Part shown: positions 41,688 through 54,667 of the stretch, piece by piece
Layout of the letters: every line of letters starts with the position of its first letter
Position numbering within the stretch: the first letter of the stretch is position 1
Assembly (NCBI RefSeq): GCF_009914755.1
Contig: NC_060935.1
DNA from: the human T2T-CHM13v2.0 reference genome, Homo sapiens
DNA: 64,000 nt
Reading direction: 5' to 3' (one strand)
Position numbers and translations under genes: made by a program
The notes under the pieces: generated by a model
What the model saw: only the letters and a program-made list of their open reading frames with translations
The model's database searches: none
Told to the model about the DNA's origin: nothing

Positions 41688-42210
41688 GCCACAGACACTG
41701 TTATTTGCCTACTTAATATTCATTCCCTCTTTTTCCTTACTATCAAAATTCTAATTTTAGCTGGGACATGAATGTGCTTACAGGATCTAAATCAAGTATG
41801 ACAATCTAATTTCATTTTCACAGCCTCTCTTGTAGCTAGAGAGGCCTATATAACCTGATTCTGATCAATGAGACCTATCTGGATGTGGTTTCTGGGAAAG
41901 TTTTGCCTTTCCCAGAAAAAAAAAAGGACAGATGTTGCTGATGTGATCTCTCCCACCACCTTTTCCCTGCATCAAATAAGAACTGATATCTTGAATAGCA
42001 GCAGCCTTCATGTGACCACGATGCTGTTGCATAAAAAATGAAAGCAATATGCAAAATGATAGCATTATTGAGCAGTGGAAATAGTACCAGCAACCACCTT
42101 CTAATGGTTATATGTTTTGTTATCTAAGAAAAACAATCCCTCCTTTGCTTATGCCACTATAAATTGGGATTTCTGTTACTTGCAGCCAAATATAACCTTA
42201 ACTGATAAAA
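41688..42210 (+). mobile_element. Ancient MaLR/ERVL LTR (MLT1K/L- or LTR33-like)
   Basis: CAGACACTGTTATTTGCCTAC...TTCTGGGAAAGTTTTGCC...TTCTGTTACTTGCAGCCAAA...AACTGATA. Confidence 0.7.
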
Positions 42211-42302
42211 CAAAATTATGCTAGGATCCACTGAACATACCTCACTTCAAGTTTCTAGCAAATTATCACAAATAAGAAGACAGGATTGTCCCCCGAATAT
42301 GC

Positions 42303-42718
42303 TGATATTATTTGGATGTTTGTCCCCTCCAAATCTCATGTTGAAAGGTGATTCCCAGGGCTGGAGGTGTGGCCTGGTTGTAGGTGATTGGATCATGAGG
42401 GCAGAACCCTCATGAATAGTTTAGCACCATTTCCTTAGTGATAAGTGAGTTCTCACTCAGCTCACCAGAGATCTGGTTGTTTAAAAGAGTCTGGGAACTC
42501 TGCCTTCTCTCTTTGTTACTCTCTATCTTGCCATATGACATGCTTGCTCCCACTTTGCTTTCCACCATGCTTGGAAGCTTCCTGAGGCCCTCAGTAGGAG
42601 CAGATGCTGCAGCCATGCTTGTACAGCCTGAAGAACTAGGAGCCAATTAAAACTCTTTTCTTTATAAATTACTCCATCTCAGGTATTTTTTATAGCAATG
42701 CAAGAACAGACTGACACA
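42303..42718 (+). mobile_element. MSTB-like MaLR solo LTR
   Basis: TGATATTATTTGGATGTTTGTCCCCTCCAAATCTCATGTTGAAA...ATAGCAATGCAAGAACAGACTGACACA. Confidence 0.92.
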
Positions 42719-43535
42719 TATTTCACGAACATTTCTGACTTCATAACTCTTTTTATAATTGCTCCTATGCAGAATTCTCTTTCCTCTCCACTTATCTGAA
42801 TTGCTTTTTGTTAAGTCTTATTTCTGAGAGATTCTATTATCTTGGCCCACATTGATTCTCTTCCTATTCTGAATCTGATGGTATTTACAGCCTAGAGTCT
42901 AAAACATTCATTTCATGCATGAGGACAGCAAACTCTGTTGTTTTATCACTTGATTCCTATGCTGTTATATATGCAACATATCCCTTTATTGGGTGACAAA
43001 CTTCTGGAGGGCAAACATATACATATACTTCTTGTGTTTTGAGTGTCTACCATGGTGTTTGCTAGGTATAAACATTAGATAAATGTTTATCTTGACAATG
43101 AGAGCAATGATAATGTTGTTGGAAAATATTTAGAGGTAATTTGATAGGATCTTTGGTCATGTGTGTTCCAGAGAATATGCCAGACTAGGTGCATTTACCA
43201 ATACAGCCATGTAGCCTGAGGGAGAACCAAGGAAAGCAGAAGGTTATCAGATATGTGGCTTTGGCAAATAAATTAACATCTGTAAACCTTCTCTTCTGTA
43301 AAATACAGTGTTACTATAAAGATTTAAAATAATGTTGGTAACCATCCCCCAATGCCTGTGGCATACTAGGCATTAACATCATTAGAATTTAGCTTTGATC
43401 TCCTAAAACATACGCTAACCAAATTATAGGCTCTTCTGGCAGAGTTGAGAAGAAATGCTATTGCATATTTCCCCTAACAAAATTGATGTAAGGAAAGGAA
43501 AGATAGTACATTTAAAAAAAACTACTGAATTAATG

Positions 43536-43740
43536 AACAGAAGATCTAGTAATTCTAACTCTGTGACTAACTGGTTGTGTGACTTTGGGTAGGCCAGTTA
43601 ATCCCTCTGAAACTCAGTTTTCTGTTTGTAAAATGCAGATAATGTGACCTGATTTACCTGCCTGGCAGAATTATTACAAAAAGCATGTTAAATAATATAC
43701 AAAAAAAGTACTTTAAAAAATACAAAGTGTTATATTAACT
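43536..43740 (+). mobile_element. MIR
   Basis: TGTGTGACTTTGGGTAGGCCAGTTAATCCCTCTGAAACTCAGTTTTCTGTTTGTAAAATG. Confidence 0.8.
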
Positions 43741-43935
43741 TAAGGGTGAAGGAGAAAATGCACATTTCAAGAATTATCAGAAGTTGCAAATTTATTCATA
43801 GCTTAAAAAAAGTTGTCCAAATTTCCAACTCAGATTGAGTGACTTAGCAAAACTTCAGCTCTTAAAAAAGTGTTCAGAGACAAATGAGCTAGACTTTCAT
43901 TAAATGAACTAAGAAGAAATTAAAACAAAAAACTT

Positions 43936-44241
43936 GGCTGGGCGCTATGGCTCATGTCTGTAATCCCAGCACTTTGGGAGGCCGAGGCGGGTGGATCACG
44001 AGGTCAGGAGTTCGAGACCAGCCTGACCAACATGGTAAAACCCCAACTCTACTAAAAATACAAAAATTAGCCGAGTGTGGTGGCATGTGCCTGAAATCCC
44101 AGCTACTCAGGATGCTGAGGCAGGAGGATCGCTTGAATCCAGGAGGCAGAGGTTGCAGTGAGCCAAGATGGTGCCATCAGGCTCCAGCCTGAGCAACAGA
44201 GTGAGACTCTGTCTCAAAGAAAAAAAGAAAAGAAAAGAAAA
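43936..44241 (+). mobile_element. AluS (Sg/Sc-like)
   Basis: GGATCACGAGGTCAGGAGTTCGAGACC; A/GAAAA tail. Confidence 0.97.
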
Positions 44242-45282
44242 CTCATTTCCCTTGAATGAAAAGCAAATGCATTTAAGTGTACAAAATGGTGGTACTATTT
44301 CATTTTTTTAAAGGAACACTAGTGAAAAACATTAACATTTAGAAGTATCATGAAGCCTTCATACCTGCAGTATTAGACTGTAGCAGACAGGGGGTAATGA
44401 ATCTATCTGATATTGGATGTGGCATACTATGATGAGTTCTCAAATTCATGCTCTGCTTGAAGAGGTGCAGATTCAGGGTCAACAAAAACTTTCCATCAGT
44501 ACTGGTTATCATCTTATTTATACTAATGCTGAAAGATATAATTGTGCGTTTTTATCTGGGCATGAGATAATATGACAGTGGTGTGAAAATAAAAACTAGA
44601 TTTTTTAGAAGGCACGTACTGTTCACCATGCCTGGCCTTTTTCCTTACTTGGGCCGGCAAAAGTGCCTGGAGGAGAGTCTTCACAGTGATAAGAGTCTAC
44701 AAGAACTCCAGTGCATTTGACATCGCCCTTTTGAAATGATGATCCCATCTTCTTGGTGGAATTCTCTTTTATTTCCCCAATTGGAAAGAATTTCTTGCTC
44801 TTCTGAGCTACTACAAGAGATCTCATCTGTGTGAACCATCTGGACATTTTTCTCTTTTTTTGTAATGAAGTATTTGTGTACAAGTCCAATTGCCTGTAGT
44901 AGATTGTGAACATTTAAAGGACCTGCTAACTATATTTTGATCTTCCTACTCCAAGGGTTTCTATGTCAAGGCCTTTAACAAAGAAGACAAACAAAAAAGA
45001 CATTTGCTGATGAATTCACTATGCCATCTAAGTCTCTAGCTTTGCTAGACTCCTAACCAGTGGCTATTATACTGAAGTGTATTGCCCCCATGAGTCTATG
45101 AGTGCTCTTTCATAGTATTCATGAATCCTAGTTTATTCTATTTAGCTATCTATCTATCTATCATATATCTATCTATGTTGATTGGTATGGTGAGATGAAT
45201 AATCTATGGCCTTCATGAGAATCTCAAATAGAGTTAAAAATCATTGCATTCTGCTCGTTCATATATTACAGACCTCCATCTG

Positions 45283-45435
45283 GTAGCAGTCAACTTTGGC
45301 TACACATTAGACCGCTTTTAAAACCACTTCAAGAATTATATTAATAGTATAATTGGTCTGGGGTAGAGCCTAAGCATGAGTACTTTTAAAGATTCCCTAG
45401 CAGATTGTAGTGTATAGACAAGGTTGATTCTCAAC
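45283..45435. mobile_element. MER5-like hAT DNA transposon remnant
   Basis: CAACTTTGGCTACACATTAGA...TAATTGGTCTGGGGTAGAGCC...TTTTAAAGATTCCC...AAGGTTGA. Confidence 0.6.
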
Positions 45436-46987
45436 CTCAAAACTCCTTTTAGTCATTATACATCAGAGCTCTCACAGGCTGGACTGCTGTCTTAACCTCT
45501 GTTCTATGGATGTCCTGACCATTTTTACAAGGAGTAATTTTTTTAGGGCAAGCTATTAATTCAGACCTTAATTCTGAATCTTTCTGTCTCAGAATCTGAA
45601 ACATTTTCTTGGGTCATTTAAAGTTTCTAGAACTATACTCAGTGCCCTCTTATTCTTTAATTCTAATAGCGAACATAATGTACTTTATAGCATCTGTGTA
45701 CCCAGGGAAGGAAAGGAAATGCATTAACTGTAGTGCTCAGGAAAACTTCTCCTTATCAGTCACATGTAAACACAAGTCAATCTTGGAACAAGTAGCTGTA
45801 CCAATAATTACAAAGCTCTCTTTAAACAACTAGTGTCATAACCCAGGTGAGAGCAGCTTCTTGTCCATTGGGTTTGATTTCCATGACCTATCATGAGACT
45901 TAAAACTTGATATGCTTCTCCTATTTCCCCTATGGTAAGAATTGGCAGCTTTTGGAACAGAAACAGATTTCTGAGACGTTGTCAGATTGATATCTTCTGG
46001 GGATAATTCATGACTATTATCTCAATTTGCCATTTCCTAGAATTAGGCAGCACACCACACATCTGATTCTTTGAGATGTAATTATTCACTGTGGATCATA
46101 CAGGCTCTTTGCTTCTTTGCCTTCCTAAGGTAACCTCTTTGGATATTTTTCCCGTTAGCAATTCTGCCAAATTCAGTTGTAGAAGCAAAGAACGAAATTC
46201 ACATGTACATGTGCTTCTTCTGTGCATCTGTGCTCATGGTCAGGTAGGAGGAGACGTCAGATTTCATAACTCAAGTTTATTGTATGATTGCCCGTGGATG
46301 TATTTATCATCCTAATTCAAAATATACAGAGACTTTTAAAAGGTTAGCTCACTTCATAGATGCCTTTCTAAGCTACTTCTGTTCTTCCTTTACTGAGAGT
46401 GGCTAATGATTTTAACTTCTACTTTTAGTTCCCCTGAATGAGTCTTCCACTGTTAAAGGCCACATTGTTAATGATAGCCTGAGTGTGACCATGATGAGCT
46501 GACTAACATAAAAGATAAATAGAAGAAGATCTTCTTATGTGCAAGGTCCTACAAATAAGAAGAAAATGTACAAGCAGAGGCTGAGGAGAAAGTGGCTAAT
46601 GGAGAATGCCAGGAAATACTTCTGTGGACAGAGAAAGTTACAAAACCAGCAGAAGTCCCTGCATTTATAAGGTCAGTTGGTAGTTCTGACAAAGCATCCA
46701 CAGGATGCTTAGTGCTCAGAAATCAACCCCAGTGTGATGCGTAATCGTGAACAAACGGCACAACAGGAACAAGGGCTGATATCTTTATGCGCAGGGCAAA
46801 CCAGTCAAAGCTATAACCGGGTTCACTGAAAGTTCGGATTCTATACCATTATGAGATATATAGCTCTTAGAGGCAAAAAAAAAAAAAATCAGTATTTAGA
46901 AAAAAATAAAGTGCATTTATGAAGCTTGCTGGCCCTCTCATGAGTCTTTATTCTGGGGACATTAATTTGTATAGCTAGGGCTTTAGG

Positions 46988-47480
46988 GGAGCACTATGGC
47001 ATAGAAATGGAAGATACGGGTTTCTGAGTTAGACAGTCAAAGGTTCAAATCCCTATTCCACCACCGATATGAGGCATAGCTGTGTGATCCTGTTATCTTT
47101 TTAACTTCTGTAAGTCTGGTACAAATAAATGGTTATATATTAGCTTCTATTACTGTTATTATTATAGCAACAAAGATATTTATTAAGAATTCAGTATTAT
47201 ATTAGACACTGAGTTAACGGACCTAGCTCTCACTATCTGAAGACAGTCTAATATAGTAAAAAGAATAAGATTTCCTGGTACAGAGACCTTGATTCTCATC
47301 TCTGCCCTATCAATTGTCTATTTATGACTCGCATCAAGTTGCTTTTCCCTTTTAAGCCTCCATTTCTTCATTTAGAAAATGAAAGATAACACCTACTTAA
47401 AAGGTTTATAAGAATTAAATGATTAGATAACATATGCTATCTGGTTAGCAAAGTGTCTGCTGTGTAAATGGTCCACAAAA
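46988..47480 (+). mobile_element. Two MIR fragments (about 46988-47165 and 47255-47480)
   Basis: GGTTCAAATCCC B-box; AAGCCTCCATTTCTTCATTTAGAAAATG core. Confidence 0.65.
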
Positions 47481-47927
47481 GAAGGATGGTCCTTTTCATT
47501 CTTACCTCTGCAACCTTCCAGCCACTGAGTGCCCAGATTGATGTGCAGTGTGGCAAGGCACATTCCTACCCAAGCACAAGCACTGAATAAGTACACAGGT
47601 TAATGTCAGATTGCACAGGCATGGTCAGATAGAGGAATCAGAGTGGAACAATAAATGATGAGACGAGCATTGGTGTTGACGCTTTAGATGTAGAAAGGGC
47701 AAGAGGCATTCACTATTAGTGGATGAGATTACTTTAAACAATGTTTTATACAAAAGTTAGAAGAAGGCTAATTTCTAGAGGCCTCCTTGATTCCAAAGAC
47801 TTTATGAAGAGCTGGGAGTTCATCATGTGCATATATCTGTGATTGTTTGGAATTTTTACAAGATGGTTCATGTTCAAGAAGTATAATTGTTAAGTATTGA
47901 CTATTTATATGGCTACTTTATAAGTAA

Positions 47928-48130
47928 GAAGATTATATCTTCCAAAGGCTTTGGAAATATTATTTTGCAAACCTTAGTTAAAAGGTACGATAGAGGTAAA
48001 TGAGATAAAGTGCCTTAGTTTATTTCTTGAAGTAATTGCCTAAAGGAGACAAAGATTTGAGGAGTAGGAGGCAATTACTCCCTTCTGGCTGCTTTGCTAG
48101 TGAAAAAAAAGGAATGGCCTTGGAAAAAGT
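47928..48130 (+). repeat. Copy 1 of a ~200-bp local direct duplication
   Basis: Roughly 89-90% identical by eye to 49069-49271 plus 49635-49646. Confidence 0.93.
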
Positions 48131-49068
48131 TCAATGGATGAGAAGAAAACTAATTTTGTTGCTGTTGTTCTAAGTCCAACAACAGAAAATTAACAGGTTG
48201 AGCATATTTAGTTAGTATTTTTTATACTAGTGTGTATCTTGTTTATTAGTGTCTGTTGTCTTTATTACAGTTAATGCTTCAAAATGGCATTGAGAACTGA
48301 AATGAATTGACCAAAAAAAAATGTGTATTTTATTTACTCTTTTCTTCTTCGGATTAATTTTTAAAACCAACATCTTCTTTTTGATGTTGTTTTCTCTAAC
48401 AAGAACAGTTAAATAAACAAATCATTAGGCTGAGAACAGACATGCTACCACAAGCCCAACTGCCCAATTTAACTGATCACTGATGGATGTTAGTCATGAC
48501 ATATGACATCCAACTTTCTAAAAAGCAAAATTCCTGTACTGTTTTGTCAATTATTGCAGAGAGGTAGCTTACAAATGTGCTAAAACAAGAAAAAGAAAGA
48601 AAAGTTGTAACATGTCACCGGTGCTTGTTTTCTGAGATCTGTTCTTTTTCCTTTGTCAATGACTTACTTCTGTTGGATTACACAAATACAGCATGTTGCT
48701 GTAATCAGTCTCTGCCCAGTATGAATAAGCTTTTGGGAACAAGCAGTGGGTATAATACTAGTTATTCAAACCTCCAATTTTTCTTTCATTGAATAACAGC
48801 TTTTATTTGTAGCATTAGTGTTGATTCCATTCCAACTTCTTTTCTTAAGATGGAGGACGATGGGCTCCTGGGGTTTTTTATACTCTCTTTCCAGCTAGGA
48901 ATTATTTCCTAATAATATAGGCAGGAGGAGCTTGCTTCCCAAGGGCAAAGCATTAAATCTCAGTACTTTCCTTCCTGGGCCTTAACTGAGTGCTAAGTGT
49001 TCTCGCTGAGTCAACTTTGGGAAGGAAATCAGGTTTCTCTGTATTCAATAGATGTGCTAGGCATGAGG

Positions 49069-49646
49069 GAAGATCATATCTTCCAAGGGCTTTGAAAATA
49101 TTATTTTACAAACCTTAGTTAAAAGGTATGATAGAAGGGAGATAAAGTGCCTTAGTTTATTTCTTAGAGAAATTGCGTAAAGGGGACATAGGTTTGAAAA
49201 GTAGGAGGCAATTACTCCTTCCTGGCTGCTTTGCTAGCGAAAAACAAAAAAGAAGAAAAGAAATGGCCTTATGTATTCATTCATTTTCATGCTGCTGATA
49301 AGGACATACCCAAGACTGGACTGGGCAATTTACAAAAGAAAGAGGTTTATTGGACTTACATTTCCAAGTGTCTGGGGAGGCCTTACAGTCATGGTGGAAG
49401 GCGAAAGACATGTCTCACATGGCAGTAGACAGGAGAAGAGAGACTGTGCAGGAAAACTCTCCTTTTAAAACCATCAGATCTTGTGAGACTCATTCACCAT
49501 CACAAGAACAGCACAGGAAAGACCTGTCCCCATAATTCAATCACCTCCCAATGGATTCCTCCCATGACATGTGGGAATTGTGGGAGTTACAATTCAAGAT
49601 GAGATTTGGGTGGGGACACAGCCAAACCATACCACCTTGGAAAAGT
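49069..49646 (+). repeat. Copy 2 of the ~200-bp direct duplication, interrupted by a THE1 LTR
   Basis: GAAGATCATATCTTCCAAGGGC...ATGGCCTTA[THE1]CCTTGGAAAAGT. Confidence 0.93.
49272..49634 (-). mobile_element. THE1 (THE1A/B-like) MaLR solo LTR
   Basis: TGTATTCATTCATTTTCATGCTGCTGATAAGGACATACCC...CAGCCAAACCATACCA; TSD CCTTA/CCTTG. Confidence 0.95.
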
Positions 49647-49882
49647 ACTCTTCTAATTTCTCCCTTTCCATGAAAATAACTCTCAGGAATGATCATGTAA
49701 TGTCCTATACACACTCAGGATGGGAAAGCAAAAACATTAAAATCTGTCTTGTTAAAGTGTGTGTGCCAGAAAACGCGTCCCTGTCCTAGCAAGGGTTACA
49801 GGGTGTATGTTAAACATCTCAGTGGGTGTGAAAAGTTGATGATGGGATTGCATGTATATAGATTTTTATGCTTATCCCAGAA

Positions 49883-50135
49883 ATAATAAGGATAATAATA
49901 GCTCACATTCATTGAATTATTACTGTGTGCCAGTCTCTGGCTGACCAATTCATACATGTAACTCATTTATTACTTCCAGCTACACCATGGGGTAAGTATA
50001 ACCACCCCCACTTTTTCATGAGAAAACTTAATGATTCAAGTAACTTACAGAAGGCCTCAGAGTTTAATAAATGGTAGCGCCAGGAATTGAATCCAAGTCT
50101 ATCTGATGCCAAATTTTGTAGTCTAACCCCTACTT
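49883..50135 (-). mobile_element. MIR, near full length
   Basis: AATAATAGCTCACATTCATTGA...CCAGGAATTGAATCCAAGTCTATCTGATGCCAAA. Confidence 0.8.
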
Positions 50136-50439
50136 AGGCTTATCCATGCAATCTTAAATGCCAGCTCTGGGCTTCGTATTTGCTAATGGAGATGTCTATT
50201 TCCATAATGGACTCAAATACAACAATCTCATTTCACATTTTTAATTTTTTTCTCCCTGTGCCAGAATGACAATATATTTTGAGAAGCCACTGCACTGGAT
50301 ACCAGAAATCTTAGGTTCAACACCATTCTTTTCTAACTTCTTTGAGACTTTGAGCCATGGATTATCAATTCTCACTACGGTACTTTCCCTTTCTACAATG
50401 TCTATTTTTTCAATCCTACTTCTCTTTCTTTAAAAAAAA

Positions 50440-51850
50440 ATCCTGTCTTCATTCTATCCTTACTTTAGTTACTATCTTCTTTGTCTTTTTATGGTCAAAC
50501 TTTTTAAAAGATCAGTCTACACTCCTCTATGTCTACATTTCTTTATCTCCCATTCACTTCTCAGTCTCCCTCACTCTGCCTTCAAGCTCTATCAAACCAC
50601 AGAAACTGCTCTCACTGAAATATTACTACCTAACTGTCAAAACTAGAGCCTTTCTTCTTGACTATGCTGTAGTCACTGCCCCTTCTGCCTTCTCTCTCGG
50701 AAAGAAAAGAGAAGGCTCTTTTTCTCCACGTTCTCCTTCCCCTCCTTAGTTTCCTTTGTCAGTCCTCTTCCTCTGCTCCCTCTCCAAAATGTCATTTTGG
50801 AGTTGCCTCGTTGATTCCAACAACTTCAATTACTATCTAGTATGTGACTTTAAATTCTATAACTCTACCCCAATCAGGTTTTATTTATTCACTTACCCAA
50901 AGTTAAAATATTGAGCAACCAAATATAAGACACTGTGCTCGAGTCCATGTCCTCGAGGAATTTGGGGTCTGAGAAGGGAGACATGCTTACAGGCAAGCAA
51001 TTATAAAACAGAAAATCCCTTGACAGAAACATGGAAAAAATGAAAAAATGCACCCAGGAGGTATCCCTATGTTGTCTGAAGAGGCAGAAATTATTACAAA
51101 AGAGCTTTCTAGAAGGAATGACCACTGACTTCAGTAGTGGAGTGGCAGGAATTGGGGTAGATGGGAGAGTGGGTAAAGGACAGGTGAGAAGCTATTCCAG
51201 GGAAGGGCAGCATGAACAAAGACATGGAGAGAGAACCAGCTTGTGTGTCTGAGAAACTCCATGTGTTTTGTGAGTGCCAAAGTCCAAGTAAGAGAATAGC
51301 AAGAGATGATGGGGATCGCAAGAGTCAGGTCAAGGAGGGATTTTTATGCCTTGTTAAAGTGTTGGGTCATGTCATAAATGGTAGGTTTTATATACAGGAT
51401 AATAATAGTGAAATATACATTTATGTAGATCATACCTATAAGATTCTTCATATTAATTAACCTCAAAGTCAACATATTTTTATACCATTCCCAAAACTAC
51501 ACATCCTTTTCTAGATCTTTCCATTGAAATTTGGATTTAAAGTATATCCAGGTATCTGCTGGATAATACTACTTAGATATTGAATGGGGAATTCAAACTT
51601 ACCTCTCATCACATATTCTTTATCTCTGTTGGAACATCATCTTCCACCCACTCTTACAAACTAGAAACCTCAGTGTGATCCACGGTTACCCCTTTCATTC
51701 AAACCCTACACCAATCCTTCTCAGATTTTTCTGCCAAATACCCCTAAATGGAAGTGATAAATGATTTGTTAGAGCTTGAAAGCAAGAATGAGATGGATTG
51801 AGGAGTGAATGGGAGGTAAAGAAATTTAGATCTCTTTTAAAGGTTGGTCA
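50440..51850. mobile_element. Cluster of L2 fragments on both strands
   Basis: CCACAGAAACTGCTCTC (plus), purine-rich antisense L2 at about 50880-51400, CAAACTAGAAACCTCAGTGTGATCC (plus); boundaries approximate. Confidence 0.55.
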
Positions 51851-52213
<363 letters not shown>

Positions 52214-52359
52214 TTATAAAGGCCTTCAGTGGAGTAAAACATATCTTCCTGTGTAGTAATAATTCAACCACCAAAAGTAAAAAATCCCTTAGTTTATCTT
52301 GTATTAGAAAGTCAAGCAAGGTTTGAGTTTAATTAAAAATGTCTTTTTTGTTTGAATAT

Positions 52360-52834
52360 TGTATCACTTGGCTAGTGCTATATAACAACCAACCACAAAT
52401 TCTCAGTGGCATCAGCAATAAGCATTTATTTAGTTCATGCATCTGTGGTCATCTGGGCTCAGATGAGTGACTGTTGAGTTCAGCTGGCTTCTCTCACACA
52501 CATCTGAAGCAGCTAGGAGTTGACCCATGTAGGCGGGTCCTTACTGGGGAGGCTTAACCGGAATCTGCGTGTCTCTCATCCTCCTCTTGGGATCAGTGAA
52601 GAAGCAGAACTATAACTAAGATTCAGGGAAGTAAGCCCAATCATGTAAGTAGTTTTCAGGCCTTTGCTCATGTCCTGTCCACTAACACTTCATCAGCCAA
52701 GACAAGTCACATGGCCAAACCCAAGCAAAGTCAAGGGCAAGGAAATACACTCTATTTATTGCATTAATGCAAACCACCACGAATATAAACATGTTTTAAA
52801 TGACCTAGGCAAATTAACAACATTTCCCTCTACA
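52360..52834 (-). mobile_element. MLT1 (I/J-like) MaLR LTR
   Basis: TGTATC...AACAACCAACCACAAATTCTCAGTGGC...GCCAAGACAAGTCACATGGCCAAACCC. Confidence 0.7.
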
Positions 52835-53046
52835 ACCAAATGTAAAATAGATGCCCCAGGAGATGGGTCATATAACTTATCTGTCTCCTTATCTGTAAAA
52901 TATGTCTGATAATGATATTGTTGAAAGGAATAAATTGCTTAGCCCAGAGCCTGGGGCACATATTACCCAGTTGACAAAGGTTAGTATTATCAATATTACT
53001 ACTTTTGGCATAGGGTTAAAATATATAATACTTCTGTTGACTTTTC

Positions 53047-53346
53047 TTTTTTTTTTTCTTTTTTGAGACAGCATCTCACTTTGTCACCCAAGCTGGAGTA
53101 CAGTGGTGCAATTTCAGCTCACTGTAAGCTCTGCCTTTCGGGTTCAAGTAATTCCCCTGCCTCAGCCTCCCGAGTAGTTCAAATTACAGGTGCGCACAAC
53201 CATTCCCGGCCATTTTTTGTATTTTTAATAGAGACGGGGTTTCGCTATGTTGGCCAGGCTGGTCTGGAATGCCTAACTTCAAGTAACCCACCCACCTCAG
53301 CCTCCCGAAGTGCTGGGATTACAGGTGTGAGCCACCATGCTGGGCC
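53047..53346 (-). mobile_element. AluS
   Basis: Antisense Alu; ~15-bp TSD TTCTGTTGACTTTTC/CTCTCTTGACTTTTC. Confidence 0.97.
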
Positions 53347-54159
53347 CTCTCTTGACTTTTCACACTTGGACTGTGACCATCATGCATCCTAGGAATTAGT
53401 TTTGGATGAGCTTTCCAGATTATGCCGTATATATGCCTCCTAGCCCATCGTTACATATGCCAACTTGGGAAGTTTCTCAAAGATTACAGCAATATCAGAT
53501 TCATAAAGGAAATGGAGACTTACATCTTCCCCAATTCTCTCTTAAGCTTGCCTTTTCAGAAACTTTCTAGTTCAGATGCCTCTCGAAGTCAAACAAATCA
53601 GTACATTTCTCTGTTCCTCCCTGAGGAATGGATTACCACTTCCAAAAAAAATTATTCCCTAGCAAAGTTACATTTATTAACTGGAAATAAAAAATAATTT
53701 GGAAATAAATTTATTATAAGTAGATCGATATTCCTCTCTGCTCCCTGCTGCAATATTATAACACAAGATTAGAATACATTTACTACATTCAGCACTTAGG
53801 CTTTCAGTGGTTATAGTCTGTAAATCAATGTTTCATAATATAATTCAAACTAATCCCATAATTGAGTCTAATTAACAATCGTATCAGACAATTATTACAG
53901 AATTACTGAAAGTAGAGATTGAAGAGATTTGTTCATTTATCCTATGTGCCCCCCACTGACTACAGTTCCCTGTGGCTTTTATTTCAAAGTGATCTGTTTG
54001 GTTTTATCTTGAAGTCTTGTAAAAATTAGTCTTTCTGATTTTTTCCTTTGAGACCCCACTTAGAAGTACAATAGGTTTTACCAGATATTTTGGCATAATA
54101 TTTATTTTCAATGGTACTTGCCTCTCATAATTCTTTTAAGATATGTGCTCCATTTGGGT

Positions 54160-54667
54160 TGTTACAAGGCAATCTAGACTACAATACATTTGCAAGAGAG
54201 GAAATGTACAGTGACAGTGACTATAAAAAAGATAATATATTAGCTGTTTAACAAAAAGCACAATCAGATCCAAGTGCTCATAGGGGAATTTGTTTCTACT
54301 TCTCTGGCTCTGCCTTTCTCTGATCAGTTTTCTTCTCTGCCAGGCCGTCCCTAAGTGGCAGCAAAAGTGGATTTCAGTAGCTCCAGGCTTCCACAAGAGA
54401 CCTACCCTTTTCCAATGTCTGTATTAATCCCCCCAACAGATGCCGATTGGGGCTGGAATATGTACCCACTCTTAAGAAATTCTGCCCCAACTTGGATGGA
54501 ATATTCTGACTGGCCAGGCTAGGTCACATGTCTACCATTATTTTGGTAGAAGAAGTAAGATCCCTTGATCAATGGCTCCACAGAATGATAGGCAGGAGAG
54601 GGGGATCAGCTCCTATAAGGAATGCATGTAAGGGGCAGACAAAACAAAAAAGTATAGACACGTACCA
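54160..54667 (-). mobile_element. MLT1 (J/K-like) MaLR LTR
   Basis: GTGGCAGCAAAAG...AGCTCCAGGCTT...CTGACTGGCCAGGCTAGGTCACATGTC. Confidence 0.6.

Noticed and set aside
46733-46830. Box C/D snoRNA candidate (GTGATGC ... CTGA)
   Set aside because: Imperfect box C, no terminal stem and no recognisable guide.
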